Part shown: positions 61,877 through 64,000 of the stretch, piece after piece
How the letters are laid out: every line of letters begins with the position of its first letter
Position numbering within the stretch: the first letter of the stretch is position 1
Origin: Heteronotia binoei
Lineage: Eukaryota
Length of the DNA: 64,000 bases
Assembly: GCF_032191835.1 (NCBI RefSeq)
Contig: NC_083223.1
Location: forward strand, 285,572,001 to 285,636,000
Direction: 5' to 3'
The notes under the pieces: model-generated
Database searches by the model: none
What the model was told of the DNA's origin: nothing
Seen by the model: only the letters and a program-made list of their open reading frames with translations
Translations under genes and position numbers: made by a program

Positions 61877-63720
61877 GAGAGCCAGTTTGGTGTAGTGGCT
61901 AAGGTTGCGGACTCTTATCTGGGAGAACCAGGTTTGATTCCCCACTCCTCCACTTGCAGCTGCTGGAATGGCCTTGGGTCAGCCAGAGCTCTCTTATCTG
62001 GGAGAACCGGGTTTGATCCCCCCTCCTCCACTTGCAGCTGCTGGAATGGCCTTGGGTCAGCCAGAGCTCTCTTATCTGGGAGAACCGGGTTTGATCCCCC
62101 CTCCTCCACTTGCACCTGCTGGAAGGGCCTTGGGTCAGCCAGAGCTCTCTTATCTGGGAGAACCGGGTTTGATCCCCCCCTCCTCCACTTGCACCTGCTG
62201 GAAGGCCCTTGGGTCAGCCAGAGCTCTCTTATCTGGGAGAACCGGGTTTGATCCCCCCTCCTCCACTTGCACCTGCTGGAAGGGCCTTGGGTCAGCCAGA
62301 GCTCTCTTATCTGGGAGAACCGGGTTTGATCCCCCCTCCTCCACTTGCACCTGCTGGAAGGGCCTTGGGTCAGCCAGAGCTCTCTTATCTGGGAGAACCG
62401 GGTTTGATCCCCCCTCCTCCACTTGCACCTGCTGGAAGGGCCTTGGGTCAGCCAGAGCTCTCTTATCTGGGAGAACCGGGTTTGATCCCCCCTCCTCCAC
62501 TTGCACCTGCTGGAAGGCCCTTGGGTCAGCCAGAGCTCTCTTATCTGGGAGAACCGGGTTTGATCCCCCCTCCTCCACTTGCACCTGCTGGAAGGGCCTT
62601 GGGTCAGCCAGAGCTCTCTTATCTGGGAGAACCGGGTTTGATCCCCCCTCCTCCACTTGCACCTGCTGGAAGGGCCTTGGGTCAGCCAGAGCTCTCTTAT
62701 CTGGGAGAACCGGGCTTGATCCCCCCTCCTCCACTTGCACCTGCTGGAAGGGCCTTGGGTCAGCCAGAGCTCTCTTATCTGGGAGAACCGGGTTTGATCC
62801 CCCCTCCTCCACTTGCACCTGCTGGAAGGGCCTTGGGTCAGCCAGAGCTCTCTTATCTGGGAGAACCGGGTTTGATCCCCCCTCCTCCACTTGCACCTGC
62901 TGGAAGGGCCTTGGGTCAGCCAGAGCCCTCTTATCTGGGAGAACCGGGTTTGATTCCCCACTCCTCCACTTGCACCTGCTGGAATGGCCTTGGGTCAGCC
63001 AGAGCTCTCTTATCTGGGAGAACCGGGTTTGATCCCCCCTCCTCCACTTGCACCTGCTGGAAGGGCCTTGGGTCAGCCAGAGCCCTCTTATCTGGGAGAA
63101 CCGGGTTTGATTCCCCACTCCTCCACTTGCAGCTGCTGGAATGGCCTTGGGTCAGCCAGAGCTCTCTTATCTGGGAGAACCGGGCTTGATTCCCCACTCC
63201 TCCACTTGCAGCTGCTGGAATGGCCTTGGGTCAGCCAGAGCTCTCTTATCTGGGAGAACCGGGCTTGATTCCCCACTCCTCCACTTGCAGCTGCTGGAAT
63301 GGCCTTGGGTCAGCCAGAGCTCTCTTATCTGGGAGAACCGGGCTTGATTCCCCACTCCTCCACTTGCAGCTGCTGGAATGGCCTTGGGTCAGCCAGAGCT
63401 CTCTTATCTTGGAGAACCGGGTTTGATTCCCCACTCCTCCCCTTGCAGCTGCTGGAATGGCCTTGGGTCAGCCAGAGCTCTCTTATCTGGGAGAACCGGG
63501 TTTGGTACCCCACTCCTCCACTTGCAGCTGCTGGAATGGCCTTGGGTCAGCCATAGCTCTTGAAAGGGCAGCTGCTGTGAGAGTCCTCTCGGCCCCACCC
63601 ACCTCACAGAAGGTGTCTGTTGTGTGTGTGTGTGTGGGGGGGGGGTGGAAGCTAAAGGAGGTAGTGACTGCTCTGAGTCTGAGATTCAGTGTATAGGAAG
63701 GGATATAAATCCAAATTCAG
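61877..63720 (+). repeat. Squam3-like SINE with 21 tandem copies of an internal 78/79-bp unit (61912-63555)
   Basis: Intact head gagagccagtttggtgtagtggctaag, then 21 counted copies of ctcttatct(g/t)ggagaacc..., then the normal SINE 3' half. Confidence 0.9.
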
Positions 63721-64000
63721 TGTCTTGTGTGTCCCTTGCCTGGGCTGGTGGCTGGTGCTGCTCTCTGGAAGGGCCTGGCGGACTTTGCCTGCTGGGAGGT
63801 GGAGTGTTTGGGGTTTGCAGAGTTCAGCCCTGCCATGTTTATAGTAAATGGCACTTTGGGCCCCAGGCAGGCCAGGGAACGGCCCCCCAAGTGATACTTT
63901 GGCTTCAGGTTTCAGTCCTACCTGCACAAGAGGGGAGCCCCCCCCCCCGCTGAGGCAGTGTTGCTGGGCTGCAGTGCGGGGTGGGGTGGGCAGCCAATGC

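Noticed and set aside
61877-61955. tRNA gene
   Set aside because: tRNA-derived SINE head with no complete cloverleaf; the same applies to the heads near 41660-41725 and 61370-61420.
61874-63696. Long ORFs of 322-354 aa on both strands
   Set aside because: Artefact of a stop-free 78-bp (26-codon) SINE-derived unit; no coding features.

Overview
Vertebrate genomic DNA, most likely a gecko (inferred from a Squam3-like tRNA/MIR-derived SINE plus squamate-type CR1, L2 and Penelope-like repeats). Four spliced protein-coding genes were reconstructed exon by exon; all introns are GT-AG and phases are consistent. They are: NES (minus; last exon runs off the left edge), HDGF (minus, 6 coding exons, 242-243 aa), PRCC (plus, 7 exons, 382 aa) and a DAPK2-like Ca2+/calmodulin-regulated kinase (plus, 11 exons, 385 aa). 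HDGF and PRCC are head-to-head with only 536 bp between their ATGs, and PRCC lacks the long proline-rich N-terminus of the human protein. The kinase sits where mammals have no DAPK gene and is a candidate fourth DAPK ohnolog. Introns and intergenic DNA hold: (1) Penelope-like inverted repeats carrying minimal hammerhead ribozyme motifs, arranged so the antisense arm is always transcribed first; (2) a hAT-type MITE inserted twice, in opposite orientations, at the same nucleotide of a SINE; (3) tandem arrays built from SINE or CR1 segments (64, 79, 104, 134 and ~185 bp units); (4) two CR1-tail arrays each interrupted by an opposite-strand CR1. There are two N gaps. No CRISPR, rRNA or genuine tRNA genes were found. 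All comparisons to other species are from memory, not from searches.
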